A stretch of DNA of 64,000 bases. Origin: Schmidtea polychroa (Eukaryota). The number at the start of each line of letters is the position of its first letter. The stretch's first letter is position 1. The notes below the pieces were generated by a model. It saw only the letters and a list, made by a program, of their open reading frames with translations, had not been told where the DNA came from and searched no databases. A program made the position numbers and the translations under genes. Shown here piece by piece: positions 1 through 14,692 of this stretch. Location of the stretch: positions 19,532,001 through 19,596,000 of the forward strand of contig CM097885.1 of NCBI GenBank assembly GCA_044892525.1, read 5' to 3'.

Positions 1-1316
1 GTTCTGAATTCCAATTTGTATTGCAGACGTGCTTTTCCGCTCGAATGATTACAATAACCACTAAAAGTCACTGTTGTAATATCGAATAATTTTGTATTGT
101 TGTAAATTGATAATTAATTATGCTGACCAATAAAAGTTTATATTGTCTGGAATTTGTTATTGTTGTCAATTACACCCGTTTGTACTGAATAAACGCATCT
201 ATAATATGGGTTGGTGTTTACAACCAATTATAGATGCGTCATTATTTGTGATGGGATAGTTAATTTAACATGTATTCAGTTTATACATATTTTATACAGG
301 CTTTGTTTTCATTCCTTTATTAGTATTACTTATGGAATTTTTGTTCAATACCAATTATGTTGGCGATTTATTTCTACCTGATATGCCAAATGTAATCTTG
401 AAAGAAATGTGGGGTTATCGAGATATCAATTCTTTAGACGTCATTGAAATTGTTATTAAAGTTCCTGACTAAACCTTAGTTAATATGAAAAGTCGTTCGG
501 AAAATCGTATTGTTTCCACCTCTTTATTAAATTCAAATTTCCTATATGGATTTAATGTAGATTATTTGAATAAGTTTCGACATTATTTCACAACAATCAA
601 AGGCTTGCTGTCAAACCGATTATAAAAGCAACTATAAACAGTATATCCATGGTTTCAAATATCCCATTAGGGATTCATTTTGTTGAAGATATATTTCTAT
701 GGAAATGATTAAAAATTGAAGGGACTTCTAATTCAAATTTATTGAATGATTTTGATCTTACATTTCTCGACAATGATCCAGATGTTTTATCAATGATCTA
801 TTCGGATATAAATATTCTTTTTCGCATTTCGTTTCATTGGAAATATTTTTTGAATCGTCATTCAGATATTGAAAAATGCTTATCAGTCATGAAGGACCAA
901 ACCACAACATGTATTTCAGATTTTGGTGTATTTAGCCATTTTAACAATTTGTATATGGCCTTTAAGTAATTTATTTTATTTAAAGTAAACTTTAATGCTT
1001 GGATTTTGATCCATATAGATATGAGACCATTATTCAAACTCATAAATACTACTTTTAAATCAACAATTTTCATTATAAGTTATTCTTATTAATTTTTCAG
1101 GATTTTTAGATGTTTATTAATAAAAATTTGGAATTATTTCAATATAATGTGAGTTTTATTATTTTTTAAGTAATTAAGTAACAAATCGAATTTATTAATC
1201 CCCAAAAATATCTATTATTTTAAAGCATTTAGGGAAATCAAACTATTTTTCAAAAATCTGCAAATTGTTGCTTTTGAAGCAATACAATTTTATTGCATCA
1301 TGTAATTGCACATTTC

Positions 1317-1514
1317 TTAAAATGATGCATAGAAGTTTTCCACGTAATCTTGTAATTGATTTCCCTGTATTTCGGAAATTTTTTGATTGCTGCCACCTCG
1401 TCTTCCTGTGGATATTTCTCCAAAATTTTTATATTTATAATTTATATTTCTGATTAATTCTTTGTGAATTCCTAATAATCGCCCGATATTATAATAATCT
1501 TCCCCATTTTCCAT
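1317..1514 (-). pseudogene. Tc1/IS630-like transposase N-terminal HTH remnant
   Basis: ORF 'IGRLLGIHKELIRNINYKYKNFGEISTGRRGG' has the HTH plus G-R-R-G-G linker look of Tc1-type transposase N-termini; no intact catalytic domain. Confidence 0.5.
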
Positions 1515-3649
1515 TGCATTGACTAATCTGATATTGTCAAGTTCTGAAATTATATTAATTTTTAAATTTAGGTTAATAAAATTTACGGATTTCTAGTTTT
1601 TCTCTAAACATCAACATCAGCAAATTTGAAATTGCAGGGTAAGGTAAAATACTAAAAAACTATTAAATTTATTAAAAATTTAAGATAAATCTTAAGAAAT
1701 AATGTCTTCATCATCTATACAACTCAAAGAGTTTTCGGAATTTTTGTTAAAATTTTTTCTGTCATTTTTTTAAAAAAAATTCTAAAAATGTCTGTAAATG
1801 ATTTATTATAATGCGTTTATTCATTACAACGATATATCGAAATTTTGCATGCATTTTTTACTATGTGTTGTGTTTGTATGTGTCAGTTTATTTTTTCTAC
1901 TACTTTCTCACTTTCTATATTAAATGCGTTTATTCATTGCAACGCTAAATATCAACACACAGATAAGTTTGTATGTTTATATAATATACACATATTGATT
2001 TTCTTTAACATTATAGATGGGTTTGTTCATTGCAAAGGTGTGTAATACACGCTTGGAGTCAGATAAATAATTGCAGCTTTCACATTTTACCGACAACACC
2101 ACTGATATTGACTTAGAAGTGATCAATTTATTGATTAAAAATTATTTGTAGATTTAAAGATTGTACAAAACAACATATTTTCAATTTATCAGAATAAATT
2201 TTTCTTCATTAAAACTTGAGTTGGCCCCAAGTTGGCATTTGGTCATGGGTTAAGTAAAGCTTATCTATAATGAGTAAATTATTTATATTTTACGTGTAAT
2301 TATAAAATATATATTTATTGAAAAATTATTTGTAATAATACAAGTTTTATTAAATAAATTTTTTCTTAAATCTTCAGGTACAAATTAAAAGATAATAATT
2401 AATATTCATGCAATTAATTATAATCATTATTAAAATAATGTAAGAAATAACATCAATTTCCAGTCATTTTTCAGTTTTTTTCAAATTATTATTTTTTAAA
2501 AATATCTCCTTCGTATCTTTGTTTAGAAGTAATATGGAAATAAAATGATAATAATAATAATAGTAATAATAATAATAACCGAATTTGCCAGAAAATGAAA
2601 AACGTGTTGGAAAATAACACCGAAATATAGCAATGAGTAAAGTTGAAGTAAAAAATGTAAAAACATCAATTAAACTCAGTAAAATGAGCAAAGGAAACAC
2701 CATAAAAGTCAAAATAACATCAATAACAAATAATAACGCAAATAACGCAATTAAAAAAGATTCAAATAACAGAAAATGAAAAATAGAAATAAAATAATTA
2801 TTAAAAATAACGAAGGAATAAATGAGAAAGATAAAAAAGAATTTAAGGGAAAAATAAGAAATGTTAAAAAAACTGCGAAATCCTTAACGTAGTCACAAAT
2901 AATAAAATTCAATTAAATATATAATTTTGAAATAAAAGTAAACAATAATTATCGAACAATCACTACTAAAAATAATAAATATTAAATTAAAAAATGAATA
3001 AAATCAAAATAATTTGAGGTTAGGGTTAGGGTTAACCTCTTAAAAGGCGTCCCCATAACCAATATTAAAACTGTTTTCTTTTGGTTGTTTGGAGCTTGTG
3101 TGCACAACATTTATGTGTACATGTGACATGTCTAGCTTCTTTAATTTGAAGCATTATATATGAAGTATTGTGATTGAATGTGTGTGTAATTGGTGATTCT
3201 GATTGTTTGTGCGTGCATATTAAAGTTGTTATTTTCTCTATGGTTGCATGAATTGACAATTGTATTGTGTGCATACTTTCCTTTTATTAGTTTATGTGTG
3301 CCAATTAATAGATGTAAACGTATATTAAATTACTTTTTGGATTTATTAATGTTCTCGAATCTGGAAATTAATTCTTTGCTTATTCTAAATATTTATTTAA
3401 TTTGGAAATATAGAGAGCTTGAATTTCTTAAAACACAACTCACCACATAACACAAAGAAATTTTCAAATTTATTTCTTATAACCTCTTCGCAATAACGTG
3501 TTTGCAAGTTGAACCAGACTATTTCGCGCCAAAAAGTTTTAAAATATTTTATGAAAAAATTAACTTTTAATATTATCATAAATATCTTTAAAATCAATTA
3601 ATAAAATTTATTGTTTTTATTAGTCATGTTAATTATGTACTGATTAACA

Positions 3650-4370
3650 TGATTATGTACAGAGGTAACATATGTTAGGCTACTGAGACAAATTAAACAA
3701 CATCAACCTGATGTATCCCCATCAACATTTATGACTGATTTTGAATCTACAATGGTTAGTGCAATTCGTCAAGAATTTCCAATGTCTAGACATAGAGGAT
3801 GGCTCTTCCATTTTTCACAAAGTATATTCCGAAAAATTCAATCTGAAGGTATTCAAAGAAGATATGAAACTGATGTGATTTTTGCAATGAAAATGTGTTT
3901 ATTATCTGCTTTAGCCTTTGTTCCAACAGAAGATGTTGTTGAAGCATTTGTGGCTTTAAGTGATGATGGGATGCCTGAAGAATCAAAAGGAGTACTTAAT
4001 TATTTTGCAAATTACTGGATCGAACGCCCTCAAGAATACACAGGGTTTCGAATACCTCGCTTCTCAATCGAAATATGGAACTGCTATGATGGAGTAAGAA
4101 ACCATATTCCTAAAACAAATAACTCGATTGAAGGATTGCACCGTGGATTTGAGGTGCAAATATCTACAACACACCCTAATATCTGGAAGTTTTTCGAAGC
4201 GATTCAGCGTGAGCAAAATATTGCAAATTGGGCAATATGTAAGTGGTCAGTAATCTAATCCTGCACGTAAGAAATATTGGGATTGTGCTGAAAGACATTT
4301 CAGAGTAGTTGTAAATTATGACCGAAATAATATTTTGGAGTTTTTAATAGATGAAGCACACAATATTAAT
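3650..4370 (+). pseudogene. Mutator/MULE transposase C-terminal remnant
   Basis: ORF 3731-4258 has MTDFE, a degenerate CxFH (GWLFHFSQ), LSALAFVP and KTNNSIEGLH motifs of MULE DDE transposases; truncated, with stops. Confidence 0.85.
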
Positions 4371-5466
4371 TACTAATAAAGATTTTGGTGGACTGTTAAT
4401 AATATTGAACCAATAATAATATGTCTAAATAAAATTATAGTTGCAATCATTAATATTGTCATAATAATCAGCAGAATAAAAAAATAAATATTTTTTAATA
4501 TTATGATCATTATTACTGCCATATAATTATTATAGTTATAATTAGTAACATTCACAATGGAGCCCATTATTAGGGCAATCGAAACAATTGGTACTAAGGT
4601 TCCCATCTGGTGCCTATTGTTAAAGATCAGGAATTCAGAATACTCACGAAATTCTGCATTACTCTTAATCGACGAGAAAAAAAAGTCTAAAATTAAATAT
4701 TGATGATTTTTGACAAAAAATGCAAAAACACATGTTGTTTTGTTTATTATTGTCTTACTTTCGTGATAAATATGGTTGAGCGATAACAATAGGCCATAAT
4801 TAAATTATATAACAATACATAATATGCGGCAGATGGAGTGTTCGTAAGAATAACCAAGATCACACTTCAACTTCCAGAAAAGTTTCGTTTAATTTTTTTA
4901 AATATAATTATATAAGCTCAACTCTAAATGCACCTCTTCTGGCCCTTTACTGCTATTTTATTGATAAATATTTCAAATAAAATAATATGAAAATATTTAA
5001 ATAATTAAAAATTAAAAAATGAAGACAAAAAAATAAAATTTGTTTTATTTAAAATAATAAATTCATATATAATTTTATTTTATTTAAATTAAATTGAGTA
5101 TTCTATAATGGAATGAATTTTAAATTAAAGATTTGCTCACGGCATTATTATCACATTTATATATTTTGTATGCTAGTTATTGCAGATTTACATTTTCATT
5201 TCATTTTTTTGCTGCAAATTGTCTTCCTGGAAATAGGTTTAGATAATTAATTTAAAGGGGAAAGAGTCCATCAAGATTTGTCTACTAAATATATTTCAAT
5301 ATGGAAAAGGAATTAAATAACGTTTTCAATGGCCTATTCTAGACTTGATATCAAATTATGCCTCATAAACATATAGTGAATATTACAGTAAATATAAAAT
5401 AAAAGCGAAATATTATCTCTTTAGATAAAATAAAATTTAAAATTTAATACTTGTCCTTAATGAATT

Positions 5467-6867
5467 TGTTGAGCAGGGTTGCCAACTTTTGAAGATGTCA
5501 TTATAGTACAATATGGACAAAATTATAGTATTTTCAAAAAAATTATAGTACATATTTAAAAAACGTACTATGTTTAGAAAAACACATGAACTTTGAATTT
5601 CAATCCAACAAAACAAATCAGATGTTAATTTTTACCATCTGCTCATATTCATTATTCATACCGAAATACGTTTTGTAAAAAATTAATATTGATTAAAGTT
5701 TTTTTTAGAAAAATTCTGATTAATTGTTTTCAGAAAATTAAAATATCGTAGTGAAAAAATGTTTTAGATAAATTTGTTAAAATTATAGTACAATTAGAAC
5801 TTCCAATAGTACATAGTACACAAGATACAAATTATGGTACAAATACTATAATTATAGTACGGTTGGCAACGCTGTTGTTGAGGTTCTAAAAGTAAATTAT
5901 TAAATTATATAGTTTAGATTAAAAGGAAAACCGAAATTGAATGGCGGTCAAGCAGAGAAGCAATGGCAAAGAAAGATATGATAAAAACAGAACTATAAAA
6001 GGGTACAATCATACATGAAATGGAAAAATGCGCAAACCTGAGGAAGTGGAATAAAGTGAAAAGTTATCGAAATTGAAGCTGGAAAGCGGGAGAGGGGTAA
6101 ATTAGGGGATGGTGAAGAAGACAGTGAGCAAGAAATTGTTGGAAAATGTTTAGAAAGGGTCGTAAAACAGACAAATGTGAAAAAACGTAAAATATTAATT
6201 AATTAATTAATTGGCTAATGGGAAACCCGAGCTAATGGGAAACCCGAGCCAATGGAGAACCCGAGCGATGAAGGAAACCCGAGCGCGGCAATTTGGAAGG
6301 ATAAACAAATGGGGAATTCAGAGAGAAATTATCCAAACAGTTGGATAAACGAGAGTAAACAAAAGAAAGGGAATTAGGAAGAGGGTCAACAGAAATAGCT
6401 AATTAGGGAATGATAACTAAGGAAGTCAAAACCAATTAGGTCAAAAATAGGCCAATTTCAACGATTATGGGAGTATATAAGGAAACTCAAAATTCACATA
6501 ATCGGCGATAGCCTTAGGTAGGGAAGAAGAAAACGACATTTGGAGTTAGAGGAATAGAATAAAAGAAGAAAAAGAATTATAGGAAAAACTGAAGAGTTAG
6601 ACAAGGAGTGTCAAAAGAGATTGGATCAGAGAGTGGAACTAAACCAAAAGGTGAAACTTAATTTTATAATCGTACAAGGTTGAGACCTTCCAGAGCGGAG
6701 TCCGATCTGAAATTGTGTGAGAATTGTGGTTGACCAAATGTGTAATTAATTGTGAGAGTTGTAAATTTTTATAAAACAAATATACGCTTGGAGTTTGTGT
6801 TTATTGATTTTGGAACATGTGGAGTCAGAGTAACCAACGGTTGATTTTGATATCATAAAACCCAACA
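5467..6867. mobile_element. Solo LTR (TGTTG...CAACA), 4-bp TSD AATT, interrupted at its left end by a MITE
   Basis: Termini tgttgaggtt / aaaacccaaca; AATT at 5463-5466 and 6868-6871; internal tandem ctaatgggaaacccgag copies at ~6215-6283; motifs shared with the solo LTR at 27688. Confidence 0.75.
5474..5874. mobile_element. MITE with CAGGGTTGCCAAC-type TIRs and 8-bp TSD (hAT or P superfamily)
   Basis: cagggttgccaac ... gttggcaacgctg; perfect TSD ttgttgag at 5466-5473 and 5875-5882; internal attatagtac repeats. Confidence 0.85.
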
Positions 6868-7723
6868 AATTGAATAAATTGAAATAATAAATTTATTAAT
6901 TTTATATATTGCAAATAAAATCAAGTAATAAGATCGAATTGAAAAAAATTTCTTGTGGGGGTAATTAACTCACTAATAATTTGAGTTATATTTATTGTAC
7001 TATTCTATCCAATCTTAAAAAATGTATCTGATTTTTTAGCTCTAACATTTAAATCATTTTTAATTAATATATAAAAATTTAATTATCGCACTATAATAAT
7101 ATTAATAATAATAATAATAATTGATAAAGATTATTTTAGTAATCGAAAATTATTTTATTTTTTTTAAATATATACTTTGCAACAAAAAACTTATATTATC
7201 ATTTACTTCTTTAAAATAAAAAAAATAATATAATAATAACAAAAACAAATTTTTCTTGAAAATTCATCCATTCCTTAATCGCATATTTTAAACACTACAA
7301 ACCCTAAACACAAGAATTTTAAACCTGTTTATCTTTATGTCGACACTGTTTATCTTATAATATTTATCTTATAAACTTAATTATTTAATTTAAGTATTAT
7401 AAATAGATGATTGTATTGTGACTTATAAAATTATTGTGCAAATTATTATTAACTGAATACAATAATGCATATTTTATATATTTAAATTTCAATCGTTACG
7501 GTAAATTTAATTAAAATACATTTTTTAATATTTAAATAATTTTAATTGTTTCAATATAAATATTAATCGAAACTAAATAAGTTATGCATCATTCGATAGA
7601 ACAAATTCGATTATCAGATAACATTGAAATAAAAATTCATAATGACGATTAAAACTAACAGAATTATTAAAGTTTTCTATTTTATAAACATCTATTATAA
7701 TATAATAATAATATCATTTACTA

Positions 7724-7875
7724 TAAGAACTTTTTTACCAATTTCACCACTGATTTTTTTCCATTGATTTTATTAAAAAGAGCTTGAAGATTATAAATCA
7801 GTAATTATATCGATGTTTTTGATATTAACAATGATATAATTACTGATTATAGTCTTCAAGCTCTTTTTAATAAAT
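7724..7875. repeat. Foldback copy of a dispersed repeat family
   Basis: Arm ttattaaaaagagcttgaagattataaatcagtaattatatc followed by its near-exact reverse complement; related copies at ~10381, 15640-16020, 24588, 26735, 31040 and 40375. Confidence 0.8.
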
Positions 7876-8670
7876 ATTATTTACATTAATTTTTTTTTCA
7901 CATTTGCTTTTAATACATATTATTATTCTCATTGAATTTCCAACTATAATGAATTGGTATAGAAAAGTGTATGTCAAAAATGAAATTTTTTGTTTGTTTT
8001 AATGTTCATTCTTTAACTATGTTCGATTATGATTTGGAAATTTTAATGTGCAAAACAATCGAATAATTTGAAAATCGATATGGGAAATGAAATTAAGTAT
8101 TTAAGGAAATTCTCCAACAAAATCAATTAATATATTGTCAGTAAAATTCAAGATTTTCATCTCATTCTCTCTGTGGCGTTATTTGAAGAAAATCTCCAAA
8201 TAACCGTTTCTGTTGTTAATGAGTGAAATTGATTGAATTTATTCGACAAATTTTAATTTATTATTAATGAATATTATGTATTATTTTATACATTAACTGT
8301 CTTTAAATTAAATCAGACCTTTTTTGATTTGGAATAATAATTAAGGACGTTTATGACATCTGTCGGTATTAATCTTTTCTAGTATTCTCTCAAAATAATA
8401 AAGAAAAATCGATTTTCAGAAAGAATTGAGATCAAAATATCATATTGTAAGAATATCTTAGAAACAAAAAATTCCAAAACTCTGGAATTTTAACTATTTA
8501 AGCGGAAAATGTTTACACCAGAGGTGGTGTAAACTTTTGTGAAGCCAAATACAAAAATAACTTATTATTATTTTTATTTCTTCTTGCTTTATAAAAATAT
8601 TGGATACCAAAAAATTATTTTTAAAATTTTAAAAAATTTATAACTAAACTTTACAAATAGCACCTATCAG

Positions 8671-9435
8671 TACACCAGAAACCGCTGAGATAGATTTTCT
8701 ATAGTAGTGGTTAGTGGTGACTCACCAATTTATTTAATTCCATTTTTCATTAGAAATGGCTTTCAGGTAAGATGTTTAATTTTATGTAAATTTTAAGGCT
8801 TGAATTTTTATCCACATAGATATGAGATTATGAGTTCTTAAATATTAATTATTTTTAATAAATTTTCCGGTTTTTTAGGACTTTTATGAAATATATTTTA
8901 TAATTATTTTAGAATTAATTCGATAATAATGTAAGTCAGATCAATTTTGAATTATAATTAAATAATTAAATCAATCGCCAAAAATATATTTTTCTAAAAC
9001 ATTTCTAAAACAAATATCTGAAATTCTATTGATTATTTAACTTAATTTTAACTAAAAAATAATTCTTACGATGATATTTCGTCATTTTCATGACAATTTA
9101 ACGTAGTTTCTTTAAAAATATAATAAAAAGCATTTTCAGCGATCTTTAATTTTCCTAAAAATCTTCTAAAATAAAGTTATTATAGAAACGTATCTAAGCG
9201 ACGCATTTCTATATATCGAAAGTTTGCATGTGATTTTTTAGTATGTGTTGTGTTTGTGTGCAATATTTAGTTTTTCTACCACTTTTTTAGATTTCAATAG
9301 TGTAAGGCGTATCTCATTGCACTACCAATGAGGACATCAGTGTGACATCAAAGTAAGTATGTATGTAAAAGTATATGTAAGATTATTGATTTTTTCTTAT
9401 ATTTTAGAAAACGTATTTGAGTGGTTTTTGATGTA
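8671..9435. repeat. Dispersed non-coding repeat family (probable non-autonomous DNA transposon)
   Basis: Segments such as tttgcatg..tttt..tatgtgttgtgtttgt recur at ~1843, ~9224 and ~25460; ggtgactcac...tttcaggta recurs at ~8716 and ~54325; boundaries approximate. Confidence 0.5.
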
Positions 9436-10380
9436 AAATATCTTTCACAAGTTACTTACTTTCACAACTTTGTAGTACAACGCAGTTGGTTAATGAAATG
9501 AATAAATAATTATAAATGCAATATGTATTACCTAGTGAACGAAGAGATGCATTTTTTATTGTTTGTATGGTCTTACTTAATTACATCTGTTACGTACAAA
9601 TAATTTTCTGAATGTTAAATGGTGACAGTAAGTATAAGCAACATGGATACATTGGGGAACTACAGCAGCAGAATTGTATCGCATGACCTTATAAAGCACG
9701 GAACCGTTTTCCGGGGAACTTCTATACTCCCCTCATGCCTGCCCCGATAAAGCCCAAAAAACTTAAAAGTTACAAAATGGCTTCTCAGATAAACTATTTA
9801 GATTTTATGTTTAAATATTGCTTTTATTCTGTAACACAATATTATATAATAAAAATTAAAGTAAACTCGGATTATGTACACTTGTGAATTTTTTAAACAT
9901 TAATCAAGTTCTAGTGGAAGCAAAGAAATACAGGACAAATACAGTGTAAGCAACTATTCAGTGTAACATAAAGACTTAAACCAAAAATTGAAAATATGAG
10001 TTATAAGTGTTGAAATAATCCGACTTAAATATTATATTGATTTGAATTTTGGCCTAATAGTCATGGTACTGGTAACTAAATTTGTTGAATCAAATGACTT
10101 TTTTTAATTTAATAGATTTTTAATTTGTATATTAATTTTAATTATTATGATTAACATCTTTGTGTGGTTTGTTAACATCCACGTGTTTTGTATTTATTAT
10201 TACGTAATTTTTTGGAATGAAAAATTAAAAATCTAATCATAAGAGTCTTAATGTAAAATTAAGCCGTTATTATTTTTTAGCCAGTTCCTTATCATATACC
10301 TATATTAACAATACATTTTTAGTGCATTTTTATTAAATTTTTAGATGAAAATTTTATTTTAATTATATTTTTTATTTTCA

Positions 10381-10512
10381 AATTTTACCACTGATTTCTT
10401 TTCCATTGACATTGTGTATTTATTGAAAAGCTTGACTATGAATCAGTAAATATATCGAAGTTTTTTGATATATTTACTGATTCATAGTCAAGCTTTTTAA
10501 TAAATACAATGT
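10381..10512. repeat. Foldback copy of the dispersed repeat family
   Basis: aaaagcttgactatgaatcagtaaatatatc and its reverse complement separated by a short loop. Confidence 0.8.
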
Positions 10513-13399
10513 TAATATCTTTTTGATCAAATTTTACTTCAAAGCAGCAAAACAATATTTATGAAACCAAACTCCAAATTTTAGTATAAATAAGCCTTCG
10601 TTTAACGCTAGATTTTCAGGAACGCAACCTGAGCGACTAAATGAGTTATGCTTATGTTTGTGTTAGTTTTTATATGCATAATTTTAATTGAAAAATTTTA
10701 TTTATTTTAATTTCTTAGAAAATACGTCGAAAGATTTAAATAGGAATAGAGAAAATTGATCTTATCGGAAAATGATATCTAATTTAAAACTAATTAATAT
10801 TTCTACTTATTCTATTTATTACAATCCTTGCCACTTTTTCATATGTTTAAAATGCACACAGTACAGCTAAAATAAATGTGACAATAAATTTATTGATCTT
10901 CTGTCATCTATCAAAAATTATATTAAAACTGATAGTATTGATTAAGGTCAAAGAAAAACCGTATCAAATATTTCATTGAAATTGCTTTTATCGTTTCATT
11001 GCATTTTTAAAAGTGCCACAGATTTGTTATTTAATCAAATTTTATTTCTCATTACAATTGTCATATGAAATTAATTGACCAGCAAATGCTTTATCTCGAT
11101 TAAAATTTGCATATTCTCTTTTAATCTTATTTTGTCTTATTATCTAATTTAATACTTACTTAATATCTAAAACTAATGTTATAGACATGAGAAATAAAAT
11201 ATAATTAATCCTGGGATAACACGGAATCCTGCAAGACAGTAAAATTCACATTTATGAAATTACTTAAGAAGAAGCTATCTTACAATGGCTTCATCAAAAT
11301 AATTTCCAAATATTTTTGAATAATATTTATTAATTTCTAAATTTTGATATTTTTTTAATTTTTTAAGAAATTTAAAAATTAAAAATAACTTATATTTTTC
11401 TAAAATAAATTTACCAATAAAATCAACAAAATTAACTTAAACGATGAAATTTTCATAAAATCTTGACAATAATTTGTTGGCAGTTATAACTTCATTTTCA
11501 AATCGAGCCAATACTTCAATAAAATTTATATTTGGAAATAGTTTATCACTTCCACTCAAAGCATAAACCATATTTTAAGCAATACACATGTATTTCTTTT
11601 GTATTATACGAATCGTATAAATATATATGTATAAATATTCTATGTTTCATTAATTTTTCTACCTTTTCTGAAATCCTAAAATAAATCAGCAGATGCTACT
11701 GCAAATGAATCTTTAGCACACAAGTGAGTTAGTATGTATCTTATAATATAACTTATTGATTTTTTTTTATAATTCTAGACTATTTTAATCTATTTCAACG
11801 TGGTGTATTAGCATGCAATTTGTACGCCATACTCACGAAATGTTTTTGTGGTTTCACGGGGTGGACAATATATACATATGTCCAAATATCTTAATATTAT
11901 CTGTAATTTTGTTAGAAATTTTGGTGGTTGGGACTAGATTCTTACGTGTTAGAAAATATAAATTAATCTTTATTATTGGCCCTGATGGCCAAAATATTAT
12001 TTAAATTTTTATATTTATGTTTTTTACTATTGTAATTAAAACAATAATAATAAAATTAAAAATTTATTCTCTATAACAAACTAAAGTTGATCATAGAAAA
12101 TTACAAAAAATTTAAAAATAGAAAAATATTTCAATAAAAATATTTCAATAAAACATTTCAATAAAATTAAAATTATAAATTTACAAAAATGCTTATTTAC
12201 TACGATTCTCGTCCGTAACAACATTAATATCTGGTTCAAAATCACTAAATAATTCCATAAATTTTATTCAATAAATTTTACACTCAAAAACTTGTCTTTC
12301 TCATTTTTGTTATTTAAACAAATTTCAATTTAAGAAAATTTAAGAATATTTCAGCTTCCTCACACTGATTGTTCTTATGAACAAATTATTGAGCGTAACA
12401 TTTAACAAAATCATAGGTAGTCTATGTATATTAGTGCTCGATTGAAGTAGTCTTTAACAATGTTATAATTAATCAAAGTATATTTATTAAATTAATTTTT
12501 TGTTTGTTTTAATAGATTTTTCTAGTAAATCATTGAAAATACTTTGTAGAATAGGTTTTTGCAATCGAATAACCTATGAAACTTTGAAATCCACCGAGTA
12601 GATGTCTGTGAAATCAAAAAAGAAAGTTTTAGTGAGATAGAAAAATTAGAAGTGGGATAAAAGATTATAGGGAAAATATACCTTACCTATCTTGCAAAGA
12701 GGTCTATTTTAGTGAATTGGTAGCATTTCCCCTTTGGTCCAGCTGGTTCACTAAGTACAACTGTAGTGCGAATACACCAATGTTTTAGTTCGTTATCACA
12801 ATTATCAATAACATTTTAAGAATCGAAATATTTTGTTAAAAAATCGAAAAAGACAGACAATTTATTCTTTGGAACATTAATTTTCTTCCAGTAGATTACA
12901 CCAAATTTGAAAGAAAATTATTATAATATTATTCTGTGTACATTGTAGCATAAACGTTCACAGAGTCACTAGAACGATTTAGCAATTGACATACAAACAT
13001 CTCAGCTGTCTCCATACAGATTTTACCGTTGACTCGATTGAACTCTACAGATTACCTAAAACATATTATATATCTAGCAATAACATTTAAATAACGATTC
13101 CGACAAATATGAATAGCTGGGAAACCATATATGTGAGAAATAATTTGAAGGAAAATATTATACTAAACATTTATCCGAAATATCACTCCGTATTGTCTTT
13201 CTCGGTGTATGTTTGTATTAATAATAAATAATAAATCCAGAATAAAATTTCAAAAACGGAACTCCCAAATTATATTTAATTAATAATCCAACAAAACAAA
13301 CAGCTGGGAAAACCTACCTTCATCCGGAAATTCAAAACCAGCTCAATCTTGTAAAAATTCCGAAGGAAAGCAATAAAATTTGGAACCCGATTTACATAA

Positions 13400-14692
13400 T
13401 CATCGTCGTTTAAGGAGTTTCTGGAAACTATTTCGAAATTCTCTGTTAAGAATGGTGTACAAAATCGGGTTTATAGAACTGTTGGCATAGCCGAACCAAG
13501 TGACAATAATTTGCAGCCAGCGATAAACTGGGCAAATGGATTCGCTACATAAAGCTCGCACCATGTACATAATAGTGAAAGGAATCCAGCATAAAATAAA
13601 AATAACCATTATTAATAACATAATTTTCGTGGCGCGAGTCTCTCGTTTTTCAGCTCGAACTATGCTATTAGCTCGTCGTCGTTTTTTGTAATTGGATCTG
13701 TAGCTTTTTTTAGTGAATTTCTTTGTATCCTCATTGGGGATGAGTTCTGAGTTGTTTGTGTTTAATTTCATCTCCCATAAAGGTGTCTGTGGCAGCAGAA
13801 ATTCCACTGATATGCATCGTAGACCCTGTTTGGATTTCTTTTTGGAAATTGAAGATGCTATGGCTTTCAGTTCACTCGTTTGCACAGAACAATCGGGATC
13901 CGAACTATTTTCATCGGTTTCGGTGTGAGTTTTCATTGAAGAAATAAATTTTGGTTTTAACAATGTCGCAGTTGGTTGGTTGTCTGACGAGTAATTATCC
14001 TCTGTATTTTGAGTGTCTGATTTGGAAAAGAGGTTCTTTTTTTGATTGATAATTGTAAATATTCGAATGTATACACCTGACATTATGATTAAAGGTAGAA
14101 TGAAAGATCCCATTGCGGAATATATTACATAATACGGTTCATTGAATAACTGACACTGATATTGATGGGTGCTGTTGTCGTATTGTAAATTATTAAAAAA
14201 CTTTATAACGGGGTTTTTAAAACCATTTCCAGTCCAGCCAATAATTTGTGGGATGCATATTATTGAAGATAAAGACCAAACGACAATAATGTAAGGTTTC
14301 GTCCGTCTGACGTGAGAACTAGACCTATACCAGATTGGAAACTTTGTGGCGGTGTAACGATCACAGGCTATCATCACCAGACTCCATACAGAGGCTGTAC
14401 AATACAAAACATCAGTATTGAGCCAAATGTTACAAATGTGAACTCCAAATGGCCAGTGTCCACAAAAGTCATTGACAATCGCTAATGGTAAAACTGTAGC
14501 TGCCAATAACATGTCACTCAAAGCAAGATTGCCGATTAATAAGTTTGCAGTTGTTCTCAGAAATCTGTTATGGGAGATTGTTATAATGATGATCAAATTT
14601 CCTATGATAGTCCACAAGGTTATCATTGAAGGAACAATTGAAAATATATACAATGCCCAATCTGGAATGGATTCCATTTCAGAACTAATCAA
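13400..14692 (-). CDS. Class A GPCR, biogenic amine receptor (tyramine/octopamine/adrenergic-like)
   Basis: Uninterrupted 430-aa ORF with 7 TM segments: GN (TM1), LALSD (TM2), amine-binding Asp in DVLYCTAS, DRY, TM5 YSAMGSFILP, long ICL3, CWIPF, WFGYANS and NPILY. First ATG is at 14677; an upstream exon is possible. Confidence 0.95.
   Translation of the reverse strand: MISSEMESIPDWALYIFSIVPSMITLWTIIGNLIIIITISHNRFLRTTANLLIGNLALSDMLLAATVLPLAIVNDFCGHWPFGVHICNIWLNTDVLYCTASVWSLVMIACDRYTATKFPIWYRSSSHVRRTKPYIIVVWSLSSIICIPQIIGWTGNGFKNPVIKFFNNLQYDNSTHQYQCQLFNEPYYVIYSAMGSFILPLIIMSGVYIRIFTIINQKKNLFSKSDTQNTEDNYSSDNQPTATLLKPKFISSMKTHTETDENSSDPDCSVQTSELKAIASSISKKKSKQGLRCISVEFLLPQTPLWEMKLNTNNSELIPNEDTKKFTKKSYRSNYKKRRRANSIVRAEKRETRATKIMLLIMVIFILCWIPFTIMYMVRALCSESICPVYRWLQIIVTWFGYANSSINPILYTILNREFRNSFQKLLKRR

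Noticed and set aside
3018..3035. TTAGGG telomere-like repeats
   Set aside because: Only two to three units; too short to call an interstitial telomere and similar motifs occur in transposon subtermini.
4373..4789. Membrane-protein-like 138-aa ORF
   Set aside because: Hydrophobicity is explained by AT-rich low-complexity codons; no family motifs.
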